From Leucoraja ocellata (taxonomy: Eukaryota), in contig JAWMAR010000224.1 in NCBI GenBank assembly GCA_036785375.1, forward strand, positions 1,488,001 through 1,552,000: a stretch of DNA of 64,000 nucleotides. The letters are read 5' to 3'. Position numbers and translations under genes: made by a program. Below are positions 24,712-36,940 of the stretch, in pieces; the stretch's first letter is position 1, and every line of letters starts with the position of its first letter. The notes below the pieces were generated by a model that did no database searches, had not been told where the DNA came from, and was given only the letters and a program-made list of their open reading frames with translations.

Positions 24712-25310
24712 CAGACTCTCCCCGACGTACGCAATAGGGGACTTATATAAACTCACACTTACGTAAATCATTCTGTACTCAGTCCCTCATGCAATCAAGG
24801 CAGTTTGGAATTTACACAACACTGTACGATCACTAAAGTTTACATCTGAAACAAGCCAGCAATGGTGGCAGTGCTTACCCAGAAAAGCTTTTCACTCTAC
24901 CTTGGTACACACGACAATAAACTAAATAGAAGGCCGCGCACCGCAGGAAGTGCCCCAGTGGCGACAAACAACTGAAGCTGGCAATGGCGGCAGTTTTACC
25001 CAGAAGGCTGCGCATCGCAGGAAGTTCCCCAATGGCGAGACCCAACCAAAGCCAGCAATGGCGGCCTGCTTGCCTCAGAAGGCTGCACATCGCAGGAAGT
25101 TCCCCTGTGGCAAGACGCAACTGAAGCTGGCAATGGCAGCAGGCTTACCCAGAATGCCACGCACCACAGGAAGTGCCCCAGACACAGCTGGACGCCGCTG
25201 AGACAGCTAATACTCGCAATGAGTTGTGTTGGACAGAGAATGAGGACGGTGATTCTGACTTACGTAAGTGGTCACGGAACATAACCCTTACGCAAGTCGG
25301 ACATTACCTG
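24712..25310. mobile_element. Tigger/pogo-like (Tc1-mariner) MITE with about 74-bp internal tandem repeats
   Basis: Ends cagactctccccgacgtacgc / gcaagtcggacattacctg|TA. Repeat units start at 24929, 25003, 25078 and 25152. Confidence 0.6.
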
Positions 25311-25885
25311 TATATAATTGAAAGGAAAGGACCAAAGAAAAAGTTATCACATTACTCTGACTACGCAGCTGAATTTTCTTTTTCATATAACTCACTTGGA
25401 GTTACAATTGTAAATCCAATTCACTTACCACTACAATATTCATGGAAAGAAAATCTAATACCACAATTAAAAAAAAACACACATCAATAACAAGCCTCAA
25501 GGCCTCTCTGCATTCAATGAGATGATCGTTGAATTGTGACCAAACCTTTACCTGACGTTGTCCCTTGTTTCTTAACACCTATCATTGCCCCCAGGGTATC
25601 AGGGTAACTAATGAAGCAGACATGAAGGAAGGGAGGAGCCCACAGATGCCAGAGAACATTCGTAATATTGGGCTGGCACCGAAGTGGCAATTGAAAATGG
25701 TGCAAACCTGTTCAGAAAAGGATGCAACTGTAGTGCTTATCCTCAGTGGTGGGAAAAACTTTAGAATGGTTGGTCAAAGGCCAGATATGAAGAAAAAAAG
25801 GTGTGACAAAAGGATGAAATTGTTGCAAATGGTGAAGCCAGAGGAAGAAATGTAGGGGGAGGGGGGCAGGTGACATAGGTGCTTA

Positions 25886-26101
25886 AGGACCTGTCCCACT
25901 TGGCTGTCATTTGCGCCTCACGTAGACGGCGCATGAAGATTATGTACATCACAAAATCCTGGGCCACCGCGCGTCACTGCCTATGTCACCACGCCCCATG
26001 CGCACATCACCTGCTTGTCATGACGCGCGCGCCGTGCGTCGTGACGCGTAAATGATCCCGCGTAAATTAAGCGCAAATGACGGCCAAGTGGGACAGGCCC
26101 T
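25886..26101. mobile_element. PIF/Harbinger-type MITE (short)
   Basis: TIRs aggacctgtcccacttggctgtcatttgcgc / gcgcaaatgacggccaagtgggacaggccct, TTA TSD. Confidence 0.9.
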
Positions 26102-27049
26102 TTACAGTCTGGAGAAGGGTTCCAACCCAAAATGTCACCCGTTCCTTTTCTCCAGAGATACTGCATTTTGTGGTTATCTTAGGTGCCTACATGCTTAGCT
26201 GAAATAATTTGCAGGGATCTGGGCAGAGGAGAGGGAAGCGAGACGGGTCGAAATACTCTGGCATTGTGCCAGCACTGACTTAATGAATTGATTGGTTTCC
26301 TTCTGTAAACGTACTCTGACACTGTATACCAACCGGCTCAAGAGTCTGGAGGTTGTAATTTCCTTCGTCAATGCCTCACTTAGGAGTTAATGCAATTGCC
26401 AAAGTGATAAAGGTCTCCAAAGCACTTTATTTTCTCGGTGCAAATAGCATTCTGCCGAATGAATTTTAATAGCTGCACATGGACTCTGTCTACAGGTTTG
26501 TCTTTTGATGCTCCTTCCCATTCCTGCTCTGCTCCTGCCGTCTTCCTCATCCTCCCAGCCCCACTCCTGATTCTGCATGTCTAATCTCCACAAGTGTTCC
26601 CTCCTCTGCTTTTACAAAGAAAATTCTTCCCCTTAACATTCTCCTTGATATTTTGTGTCTCCCCCTCAGTCCCATTCTCCAGCTGCAGTCAGTGCAGCCA
26701 CAGTTAGCAGCATTGTTCCATGATAAGTGTTGGCAATTCAGCCCAAGACTGAAGGAACCTGATGCCACCGCTGTCATTTAAAGCAGTGCTTCTTAAACTG
26801 GTGAATGGTTCGCCCCAGGGGAAAATTAAATTATTTTAAGAAATGAGTTAATTTATGTTGTTTGCTCATGTGACAAAATAAATAATATATAAAATTATAC
26901 ACGAGAGAATAAGACGAATATTACCCAAAAACATAAGAAAATTTAGTCGAGAGTGGATGAAATTTTGTGATAAAGACTCAAGGGTGAATGACTGCAATAT
27001 TTTACGAAGTACTGATTTAAAGCATTCTTTTAATGAAGCCTCTGTATCA

Positions 27050-27401
27050 GAAAAACATAGAAAGAAGGTGCAGGAGTAGGCCATTCAGCCCTTCGAGCCA
27101 ACATCACCATGCAATATGATCATGGCTGATCAGTACCCTGTTCTGGCTTTTTCCCATATCCCTTGATTCCATTAGCCCCAAGAGCCAAATCTAACTCTCT
27201 CTTGAATACATCCAGTGAATTGGCCTCCGCTGCCTTCTGTGGTGGAGAATTCCACAGATTGACAACTCTCTGGTTGAAAAAGTTGTTCCTCATCTCAGTC
27301 CTAAATGGCCCACCCCTTATTCTTAAGCTGTGACCCCTGGGTCTGGACTCCCTCAACGGGGAACATTTTTGCCTGCATCTTGCCTGTCCAATTCCTTAAG
27401 A
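27050..27401 (-). mobile_element. CR1 3' fragment
   Basis: ESRPRGHSLRIRGGPFRTEMRNNFFNQRVVNLWNS plus 3' UTR. Confidence 0.9.
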
Positions 27402-27907
27402 GTCCTTGCTCAGATGCCCATAAAATGTCTCAGGGCATTGTTCCAAGACATGCAGTCAGTCCTTTCAGCTTTAGCCAATAGTTTTTCTCGACCAAACACA
27501 CTTGTTTCCGAGCCCTTGCTGTGTTGAAATTGACTGCATGTTTGCCCAGAAAAGTCTTCATGTGAAACCAATTTGCATTTAAGGTTTGCAATTGTAATCT
27601 AAATTATAATGAGCCCGAGTTCAAAATCACAAACCTGGCCCCTAATTTAGCATTAATTGGAATTAAATGGAAATCAACATGAAGAAAGTAGGATGGGAAG
27701 TATTGGAAATGGAGCAATCTCACAGCAGTACGTCTTGCATACGGGTACAGAGATGCGTAGTAATGACAATTAACCTACAATTAGCATGCTGCTTATGATT
27801 TGATCTAAGGCACCTCTCGCTGACTGGGTGTAAACATTTCCAAGCCTGTGACATCCTGTTGCACTGATGAGTGTAATATTTATTAAAAAAGACCCATGGA
27901 AAGCATT

Positions 27908-28252
27908 TAAGAAGGAACTGCAGATACTGGAAAATCGAAGGTACACAAAAATGCTGGAGAAACTCAGCGGGTGCAGCGTCTGAAGAAGGGTTTCAGCCCG
28001 AAACGTTGCCTATTTCCTTCGCTCCTAGATGCTGCTGCACCCGCTGAGTTTCTCCAGCATTAGTGTGTACCTCCCATGGAAAGCACTTGGTTTATCTTTC
28101 TTTTCCCACTCCCCCGACGCTCAGTCTGAAGAAGGGTCTTGACCCAAAACGTCACCTGTTCCTTTTCTTCAGAGATGCTGCCTGTCCAGCTGAGTTACTG
28201 CAACATTTTATGTCTTTCTTCCGTGTAAACCAGCATCTGCAGTTCCTTCCAA
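27908..28252. mobile_element. Penelope-derived palindrome plus tandem unit, hammerhead-like cores at 27980 and 28126
   Basis: CTGAAGAAGGGT-TTCA-GCCCGAAACGTT (intact core), then CTGAAGAAGGGTCTTGACCCAAAACGTC (G12 lost). Confidence 0.8.
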
Positions 28253-28464
28253 CGCATAGAAATTGACATGGAATGAAACCTTTTAAGACTCTAATTCAAC
28301 TTTTTTTCCCTTCGGACTTCACAACATAAACAGCAGACCAGTGCTTTTACATATTTCTGATCAGGGTACAAATTTTGAAAATCTATTTCATTAAATTAAA
28401 AACACTAGTTTGCCAAATCTCATAAATTTGGATCAACTATAAACAAAGTTGGCTTTAGCAAAAG

Positions 28465-31060
28465 ATAGAAGATAGACACAAAAAGCTGGAGTATCTCAGC
28501 GGGACAGAGAAGGAATGGGTGACGTTTCGTGGGTCGAGAGCCTTCTTCAGACTGGTTAAGGATAAGGAAAATGAGAGATATAGACAGTGATGTGGAGAGA
28601 TAAAGAACAATGAATGAAAGATATGCAAAAAAGTAAGGAGGATAAAGGAAGCAGGAGAGAATGCCAGGGCTACATGAAGTGAGAGAAATCAATATTCATA
28701 CCACTGGGCTGTAAGCTGCCCAAGCAAAATATGAGATGCTGTTCCTCCAGTTTGCATTTTAGCCTCACTCTGACAATGGAGGAGACGAAGGACAGAAAGG
28801 TCTGTGTAGGAATGGAAAGGAGAATTCAAGTGTCCAGCAACCGGGAGATCAGGTTGGTTCACGCGGGCTGAGGGAAGGTGTTCCACGAAACGATTGGTCT
28901 CACCGATGTATAAGAGTCCACATCTTAAACAACGGATACAGTAGATAAGGTTGGAGGAGGTGCAGGTGAACCTCTGCCTAACCTGAAAGGACTGTCGGGG
29001 GTCCCTGGACAGAGTGGAGGGAGGAGGTATAGCGACAGATGTTGCATCTGCTAAGGTTGCAGGGGAAGGTACCTGTGGAGGGGGTGGTTTGGGTTGGAAG
29101 GGATGAGTTAACCAGTGAGTTGCAGTCTCCGCGGAAGGCGGAAAGGGGTGGAGATGGGAAAATGTGGCTAGTGGTGGGATTCCTTTGGAGGTGACGGAAA
29201 ATTTGGGAGGATTATGTGTTGTATGCGACAGCTGATGGGATGGAAGGTAAGGACTAGGGGGACTCTGTCTCATTAGGGGGAGGAGGAGGGGGATCAAGGG
29301 CGTAGCTGTGGGGTACCGAGGAGACACGAGTGAGGGCCTCACCTATGATGGGAGAGGGGGAACCTCTGTTCTCTAAAGAATGAGGACATCTCGGATGTTC
29401 TAGTACGGAACACCTCATCTTGGGCGCAGGTGCAGCGTAGATGAAGGAATTGGGAGTAGGGGATAGAGTCTTTGCAGGAAACAGGGTGGGAAGAAGTGTT
29501 GTCGAGATAGTTGCGGGAGTCAGTGGGTTTGTAATACATGTCAGTCAACAGTCTATTTGTGATGGAGACTGTGAGATCAAGAAATGGGAGGGAGGTGTCA
29601 GAGATGATCCAAGTAAATTTGAGTGCTGGATGAAAATTGATGGTGAAGTTGATAAAGTCCATGAGTTCTGCATGGGTACAGGAGGAGCACCGATGCTGTC
29701 ATCAATGTAACGGAGATAGAGTTTGGGGATAGGGCCAGTGTACACCAGGAACAGGGATTGTTCAATGTACCCTACAATGAGGCAGGCATAGCTGGGGCCC
29801 ATAGCTACGTCTTGGACTTGGAGGAAGTGGGAGGAGTTAAAGGATAAGTTGTTGAAGGTGAGAACCAGCTCAGCTAGGCGGATTAATGTTAGTAGAGGGA
29901 AATTGGATGGTTCTGCAGTCGAGGAAGAAATGGAGGGCTTTAAGGCCTTCCCGGTGGGGGATGGAGGTGTAGAGTGACTGAATGTCCATAGTAAAGGTGA
30001 GGGGGCTCAGAAAGCGGGTCATTAAAGAGACGAAGGGCATGTGAGGTATCTTGGACATACTGTAGGTCGGGAGAGATTGGACCAGGGGATGGGATGGGGT
30101 CGAGATACGTGGAAATCATTTCCGTGGGACAAGAGCAAGCAGGAACAATGAGTCTGCCAGGGCACTTGTGTTTGTGGATTTTGGGGAGAAGTAAAAACAG
30201 GCTGTGTGGGGCTGAGAAACAATAAGGTTGGAGGCTGTGGAAGGCAGACAGCCAGAAGTGATGAAATCAGTGATGGGGTTTGAGATTAAGGCGTGGTGCT
30301 CATCTGTGGGATCATGGTCCAAGGGTAAGTAGGAGGAGGTGTCTGAGAGTTGTGGCCTGGCCTCAGCCTGGAAGAGGTCAGCGTGCCAGACTACCACTTG
30401 TTGCAGGTTTGATTATAATGTCAGGGTTGCTGCAGAGGGAGTGTACGTTGAGAGAGGGTTAGAATAGGTAATGGGAGAGGAAAAGTTGTGATGATTGACG
30501 TCACATCGGCAGTTAGAAATAAAGAGGTCCAGAGAGGGTAGAGGGCCGTCCTGTGGAGTCCAAGAGAAGGGGAACTGGTGGAGACAGGAGAAGGGGTCAT
30601 CACTGGGTGGTGAGGACTACTTCCCATAGAAAAATGCACCACAGAGGCGACGGAAGAAAAGCTCCACACCTGAACTCGGTGAGGCGGGGGCACGAGGGGA
30701 ATGAAGGCAAGGCCTCTGTTGAGGACAGACCGTTCTGTATCAGAAAGGGGGAGGTCAGAGGGGATGGTGAAGGCACGACAAGGGTGGGGGCTGGTGCCAG
30801 AGGAGGGCCGGGGGGTGGACAAAGACAGAGGCGAGATCTGGTCGGGGGATGGTGGGCATCCTGAACGGAGGGGGGGGTGGGGACTATTGTATGGGTGGGG
30901 TGTGGTCGGGGTAACCTGGTTAAAAGAGGGGGAAGGGGAAGACCCATCACTACCGAGGTCCCCTGTAGGATCCAGCAGAGTCAGGCCACCTGCTGTCGGA
31001 GTCTGCACCGTGGAGATTGTGGGTCTGGTGCCGAGCCTAGCACTCAGATATCTCTCGTTA
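28465..31060 (-). mobile_element. Near-complete, frameshifted Penelope-like retroelement (RT + GIY-YIG)
   Basis: Minus-strand ORF pieces: LSDTERSVLNRGLAF, FTMDIQSLYTSIPH, MGPSYACL..YLRYIDD, FLDL..YYKPTD..YL..SSHP...SIPYSQF, FTCTSSNLIYCIRC.RCGLLYIGET. Ends in the hammerhead-like terminal unit at about 28521-28550. Confidence 0.92.
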
Positions 31061-31201
31061 GAATCTGAAGGCTGTGTCGAGTCTTGCTCAACGCTGTTGG
31101 AAATCCCTTCTTTTTGAATGAAATGCTAAGCTGATGTTTGCTGCCTGAGGTAGGCTTAACAGAATTGGAAAGACAGGTATGGCCTCTCTTGTCTGGTCAA
31201 T

Positions 31202-31401
31202 NNNNNNNNNNNNNNNNNNNNNNNNNNNNNNNNNNNNNNNNNNNNNNNNNNNNNNNNNNNNNNNNNNNNNNNNNNNNNNNNNNNNNNNNNNNNNNNNNNN
31301 NNNNNNNNNNNNNNNNNNNNNNNNNNNNNNNNNNNNNNNNNNNNNNNNNNNNNNNNNNNNNNNNNNNNNNNNNNNNNNNNNNNNNNNNNNNNNNNNNNNN
31401 N
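31202..31401. other. Assembly gap (200 N)
   Basis: Run of N. Confidence 1.
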
Positions 31402-31529
31402 TGTAGGCTTTGAGAGAGGATGCAGAAGAGGTTCACCAGAATGCTGCCTGCATAAGTTGGTAATAGCAATGAGGTGAGTTTGGACAAACTTGGATTGTTT
31501 TCTCGGGAGCAGAGATCAAGGGGAGACCT

Positions 31530-31765
31530 TTAATTTAGTTTTGGGATACAGCATGGAAACAGGCCCTTCGGTCCACCAAGTCAGCGACTCCCACACTATC
31601 CTACACACATGAAGGACAATTTACAATTATACCAAGCCAATTAGCCTACAAACTTGTTGGTCTTGAGTGTGGGAGGAAACCAGAGCTCCCGGAGAAAACC
31701 CATGCGGTCACAGGGAGAACTTACAGACAGCACCTGTGGTCAGCATCGAACCTGGGACTCTGGGT
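31530..31765 (-). mobile_element. HE1-like SINE
   Basis: gatacagcatggaaacaggcccttcgg...gcatcgaacctggg. Preceded by a short plus-strand CR1 piece (ERMQKRFTRMLP). Confidence 0.8.
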
Positions 31766-32496
31766 TCAAATGACCTCACTGCATTCTTATTTTAGGGATT
31801 TTATGATTTCTCAATCTAATGGCAGTGACATTAAAGATTACATGGTAATTCAAGTTGCAACCAAGTACTGACCACCAATAATCCCTCAAATCTTAATGGA
31901 AAGAAAAAATAATGACAGTTTTCACAGTTGCTCGTTGAATCCTTTTGCACAAAAACAGACTGGGTGATTTTTTTTCTGCAGTTCAAAACTAATTAATTAA
32001 CTGGCAGGTCCTTGGGGATAGCTGAAGCAATGAAAACTGCTCTACAAATGAATGTTCAAAGTCACATGCTGTTACAAGTGAGAAGAAAATCACAAATGAT
32101 TGATTAGCTTTATGCAAGATTCTTTGTCCTAACCTGCGTGATATTGCAGCATTGGTAATTTAACAATTTGTAGCAATCCAAGAAAAACAGTCCATTCTGC
32201 CCTACAACCATGTAAAATACAATTTAGTTTGTAATAGGTTAATTACAGATACAATGAACAATGAAAGTTTTTTTTTAAATAATCAAAGTATCGTAAATTA
32301 GTTTAAATATCAAAGGTGCACAGGTCAACATTTAAAGTGACATAAAGCCTCAGCCGTCTCACAGATAATGACAATGAAATCAGTCGCACAAATTGCAAGT
32401 CCTCAAAGCACAAAGAAGCAATCAGACCGAAAAAATGGCTCGTGAATCCTGTATACTTCAGACAAAAAGAACAAGCATGTTTTGACTTCAGCTTCA

Positions 32497-33445
32497 TAAG
32501 TTTATGTTAAAGGAGCAGAATTAGTCCATTCAGCCCATTAGTCTACTCTGCCATTCAATCACGACTGATCTATCTTTCCTTCTCAACCTCAACCTCCAGT
32601 CTTCTTCCCATAACCCCCGACACCCTTACCAATCAAGAATCTGTCAATTTCCACCTTAAAAATATCCATTAACTTGGCCCCCACAGCAGTCTGTGGCAAT
32701 GAATTCCAGGTTCACCACCCTCCAACTAAAAAAAAAAACCCTCCTCATCTCCTTTCTAAAGGTACATCCTTTTATTCCGAGGCTGTGCCCTCTGGTCCTC
32801 GACTCTCCCACTGGTGGACACATCCTCTCCACATTCACTCTATCAAGGCCTTTCACTAGTTGGTAAGCCTCAACGAGCATTCCCCCTCATTCTAAACTCC
32901 AGTGAGTACAGGCCCAGTGCCTTCAAATGTTCATGATATGTTAACCCAATAATTCCCAAGATCATTCGCATAAACCACCTCTGTACTCTCTCCAATACCA
33001 GCACATCCTTCCTCAGATATGGGGCCCAAACCTGCACACAATTCGTCAAATGCAGACTGACCAATGCCTTATGAAGCCTCAGTATTATTACATCTGTTTT
33101 TATATTCTAGACCTCTCAAAATAAATGCTAGCATTGCATTCATTTCCTTACTACCAACTCGTCTTGCAAATTAACTTTAGGGAATCCTGCACCCGTTCTC
33201 CCAAGTCCCTTTGCAGCTCCAATTTCCAAATTCTCTCCCCATTTAGAAAATAGTCTACACCTTTATTCCTATGATCAAAATGCATGGCTTCGCTACGCTG
33301 TATTCCATCTGCCACTTCTTTGCCCACTCTCCCAACCTATCCCAGTCCCTCAGCAGAGTCCCTGCTTTCTTTAAACAATCTGCCCCTACAACTATCTTCA
33401 TGTCGTCTGCAAACTTGACAACAAAGACTTCAATTCTGCCAGCCA
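32497..33445 (-). mobile_element. CR1 LINE, RT C-terminal half and 3' UTR (decayed)
   Basis: KFADDMK, CVQVWAPYLRKD.LERVQRWF, GESRTRGHSL, 3' tail. Confidence 0.9.
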
Positions 33446-33499
33446 CATCTTGCAGGGAAAAAACATTGTGCAGATTTATAGGAATGCATAGGCCGACAC

Positions 33500-34240
33500 A
33501 ATAGGAGACTGTTTTAAACTTGCACTTGCGTAAACAATTCTGCACTCAGTCCCTAATGCAACCTTGGCAATTAGTAATTAAAACACTGTACATTTGCTGA
33601 AGTTTACATCTGAAGCAAGCCGGTAATGGCAGCGATGCTAACTAAGAAGGCCATGCATCACAGTAAGTGCCCCAATGACAAGATCAAACACAATAGTTCA
33701 ATCATGGTTTATTTGTCACATATGCAACTGCACATTGAAATTCATTTTGTATATGTTTAACAAATGCAGGCGCTACCATTTTTGCCGCCATTATTCAAAG
33801 TCCGATCAGCCCGCACGCTTGATGTACTGGAGCAGTTTCTGCAAACAGACGACCCTTCCCCTGGCCATCGTTGTGTCCCGGGGGTGCCTCCTGCAGCCTA
33901 CCTTCAAGTCCATGAAGGTATTACCCAGTTCACCCTCTTACCAGCCCACGCCCCTCACATCCGACATCTCAGCTCAATTCCTTTCCGACAAGCCTTCGGG
34001 CGGCACATTGACCACCGAGCCTTCGTATGCCATTGTTGACCCTTCTGGGCAGCCGGAACTCGAAGGCGACAATGGCGGCCGCGCTTACCCAGAAGGCCAC
34101 GTGCTGCAGAAAGTGCCCTGGATGCCGCCGAGTCAGTGAATACTCAGAGAGTTATTTCGGGGAGGGGGATTGGGGATGGCGATACAGACTTGCTTAAAAT
34201 CTGACTTGCATAAGGGTTCACGGAATGCAAACCCTACTGT
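33500..34240. mobile_element. Second, diverged copy of the 24.7-kb Tigger-like MITE family
   Basis: Shares ctgaagtttacatctgaagcaagcc..aatggc, gcttacccagaaggccac and ctgacttgcataagggttcacggaa with 24712-25310. Confidence 0.55.
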
Positions 34241-34750
34241 TGAACAGAACAAGTCCTGAAAATGTGCTTCGATCCTTTCCTTAACCGTGCCATAAACTTA
34301 GCTTGCAAGACATTGCATCAAAAGGCTCTCACAAGGAGACCTGCATGGAATAACTTGGCTCGCTTCAAAAAACGAACTTCAATTGCTGTAAAAGCGTGTG
34401 TAATTTATATTTAGTAATCGGTTTCTGAGCAAAATATCCGATAATGACAAAATATCCTATAATGAGAGTACAAATCAAATAGCACAAGAATACAAGTTCA
34501 AATCCTTTCTATTACCTGTCATTGATGTTGCCAGGTTTAACATTTTTGCATGTGGTGATTAGAAATAAAAAATGAATGCTGTGGAATTTGACATAGTGAA
34601 CAATAGCTGTCAGTTTACCCATATTAATGGTTGCTCATGATGTTGCTGCTTTTGGAAGCATTATTTCTGAATGTTTAAGTGGGTGGTTGTTGCTTATTGC
34701 AGGAAGACTCTTACTGCTGCCACACGCAGCCCTTCTGTACCATAATTGCC

Positions 34751-34990
34751 AGTCTGAAGGGTCTCGACCCGAAACGTCACTCATTCCTTCTCTCCAGAGA
34801 TGCTGCCTTTCCCACTGAGTTACTCCAGCATTTTGTGTCTACCTGCCTGTGGAAGGGTCTGGAGAAGGGTCTCGACCCGAAAACATCACTCTTTCCTTTG
34901 CTCCAGAGATGCTGTCTGACCCGCTGAGTGACCCCAGCAGTTTGTGACTATCATTGGTGTAAACCAGCATCTGCAGTTCCTCCCTACACA
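34751..34990 (+). mobile_element. Head-to-tail dimer of the hammerhead-bearing Penelope unit
   Basis: Cores at about 34754 and 34859, each followed by ctccagagatgctg...ctgagt..cccagca. Confidence 0.8.
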
Positions 34991-35534
34991 CTTTAAATCT
35001 GTGCACTTTGTTACAGAGCCATTTACCTGGCATGTATTTCCAGCACAATTTGTTTTTGACTCGTAGAGTCAGTCGATTTACTGTGACCGGGACAGTCCTG
35101 GTTATGCACACCACTATCGCATCTTCTCCCAACCTTGCCTATGGTCTGGAGAACATTCACAGATTCTGTTATTTAAACTTACAGCTGCAATACCTGATCC
35201 CTGGCTGGAATCATTTTAGGTGAAAATCAATTTCAGTTAAAGTCTGCATAAATGAAACGATGCACTATCGCTCCGACCTCGGCAGGATTCCATTTGCTTG
35301 CATTTTGTGTTATCTTTGAGTGTGAATACACCAGCTGTGACTAAATTGGACATTTCTCCACCATGCTGAAGAAACCATCAAATGATGTTCCATATCTTTT
35401 TCCTGCCTAGTTGAACCCAAGTGATACGCCAGGACCCGGATCTTGGGCCTATGCATAAATTCCTGAATATCATGATAGAAGTGGTGATCAAAGGTTTATC
35501 AAAGGCTATACAGGCAATCTCCGACTTACATAGA

Positions 35535-35975
35535 TACGTAGACAATAGGTGCAGGAGTAGGCCATTCGGCCCATTGAGCCAGAACCGCTATTCAAAGTGA
35601 TCAGCCACAATCAGTACCCCATTCCTGCCTTCTTCCCATATCCCTAGATTCCGCTAGCCCCAAGAGCTCTATTTAACTATTTGAATACATCCAGTGAATC
35701 GGTCACCACTGCCTTCCGAGACAGAATTCCACAAATTCGCAACTCAAGTTTTTCCTCATCCCAGTTGTAAAAGGCCTGCTCCTTCTTCTTAAACCGTGGC
35801 CCCTGGTTCTGGACCCTTGTATTTCTACAGTGAAGATGGACAGGTTTGTGATTAGTAAGGGTATCAAGGATTATGGGGAGAAGGCATGAGTATGGGATTG
35901 AGAGGGAAAGATAGATCGAATGGCAGGATGGAGTTGATGGGCCGAATGGCCTAATTCTGCTCCTATCCCCATGAT
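35535..35975. mobile_element. Two CR1 3' fragments in opposite orientation
   Basis: Minus copy at about 35535-35815 and plus copy at about 35830-35975. Confidence 0.75.
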
Positions 35976-36285
35976 CTTACTTATGATTGGTGGCTATTCT
36001 TTTTTCCATTGAATCAATCTACACAACTAGTTAGCAGATCATCATTCCATCATGTTGACACACGTGCCTGCAACATTGCCAACAAATGTTCCCGTAAAAT
36101 GATTCTCGACTGCTGCGGTTCATCACAAAATATGAGGCGTTCCCATTATTTCATCTGTTTCTCAAGGCCAAAGAGAAACGTTCATAATGGGGTACTGTTC
36201 AAATGTGACGAAAGTGATCGATGATCCAGCATGGTCATTTGACCTGCTGTTCTTCACAGCACAAGTCAAAGGCAAACATATTCTG

Positions 36286-36440
36286 AAGATAGGCACAGTG
36301 CTGGAGTAACTCAGCGGGTCAGGCAGCATCTCTGGAAAAAAAACCCAAAAAAAAACAAAAAACGTCCTGACTCACTGAGTTACGCCAGCACTTTGTGTCT
36401 ATCTTAAGCATAAACCAGTGTCTGCAGTTCTTTGTTTCTG
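36286..36440. mobile_element. Palindromic Penelope-derived unit lacking the hammerhead core
   Basis: gtgctggagtaactcagcgggtcagg ... cctgactcactgagttacgccagcac. Confidence 0.7.
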
Positions 36441-36534
36441 CAGACATATTCTGGACCAGATGCATTGAGCGACGCCAAACGCGAAGTGGCACATTGTCAG
36501 AAAATACAAAGTGAGACAATGCAGCACAACATAA

Positions 36535-36940
36535 ATATTAGAGATGTACAAATCCTGGACATCCAATAAGACCTTCAGGTTCTGTGGTGTATAAATCACC
36601 AATAATCTATGCTGAACCATCCACATTGAAGCACCAGCCAAGAAAGCATTTCCCCAGGAGACTGAGGACATTCGGCACGTCTCCAAACCTCTACAGATGC
36701 ACGTGGAAAGCCTACTGTCAAGTTGCATCACAGCTTGGTTCGGGTTCAACTCTACCCAAGACCACAAGAAATTACAGAGAGCTGTGGATGCAACTCAGTC
36801 CATTCCACAAACCAGACTTCCCACCATTGGCTCCATCTACACTCCATGCTGCCTCAGGAAAGCAGCCAACATAATTAAGGACCTTTCCCTCTGGTCGTTC
36901 CCTCTTCTCCCCCTTCCTGTCGGGCAGAAGATGCAGATGC
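36535..36940 (+). pseudogene. Decayed Rex1/Babar-type LINE ORF2 end
   Basis: VESLLSSCITAWFG.ST.QDHKKLQRAV..Q.I....LP.I..IY...CLRKAANIIKD, homologous to 56126-56716. Confidence 0.75.

Noticed and set aside
24929-25190. Regularly spaced repeats resembling a CRISPR array
   Set aside because: Whole units are homologous with no unique spacers, the context is eukaryotic, and they sit inside a MITE.
31138-31487. ORFs spanning N runs (also 44769-45303)
   Set aside because: Artefacts of assembly gaps.
33675-34139. 154-aa ORF in a GC-rich segment
   Set aside because: No recognisable domain, and it runs through a MITE and a LINE-tail fragment.
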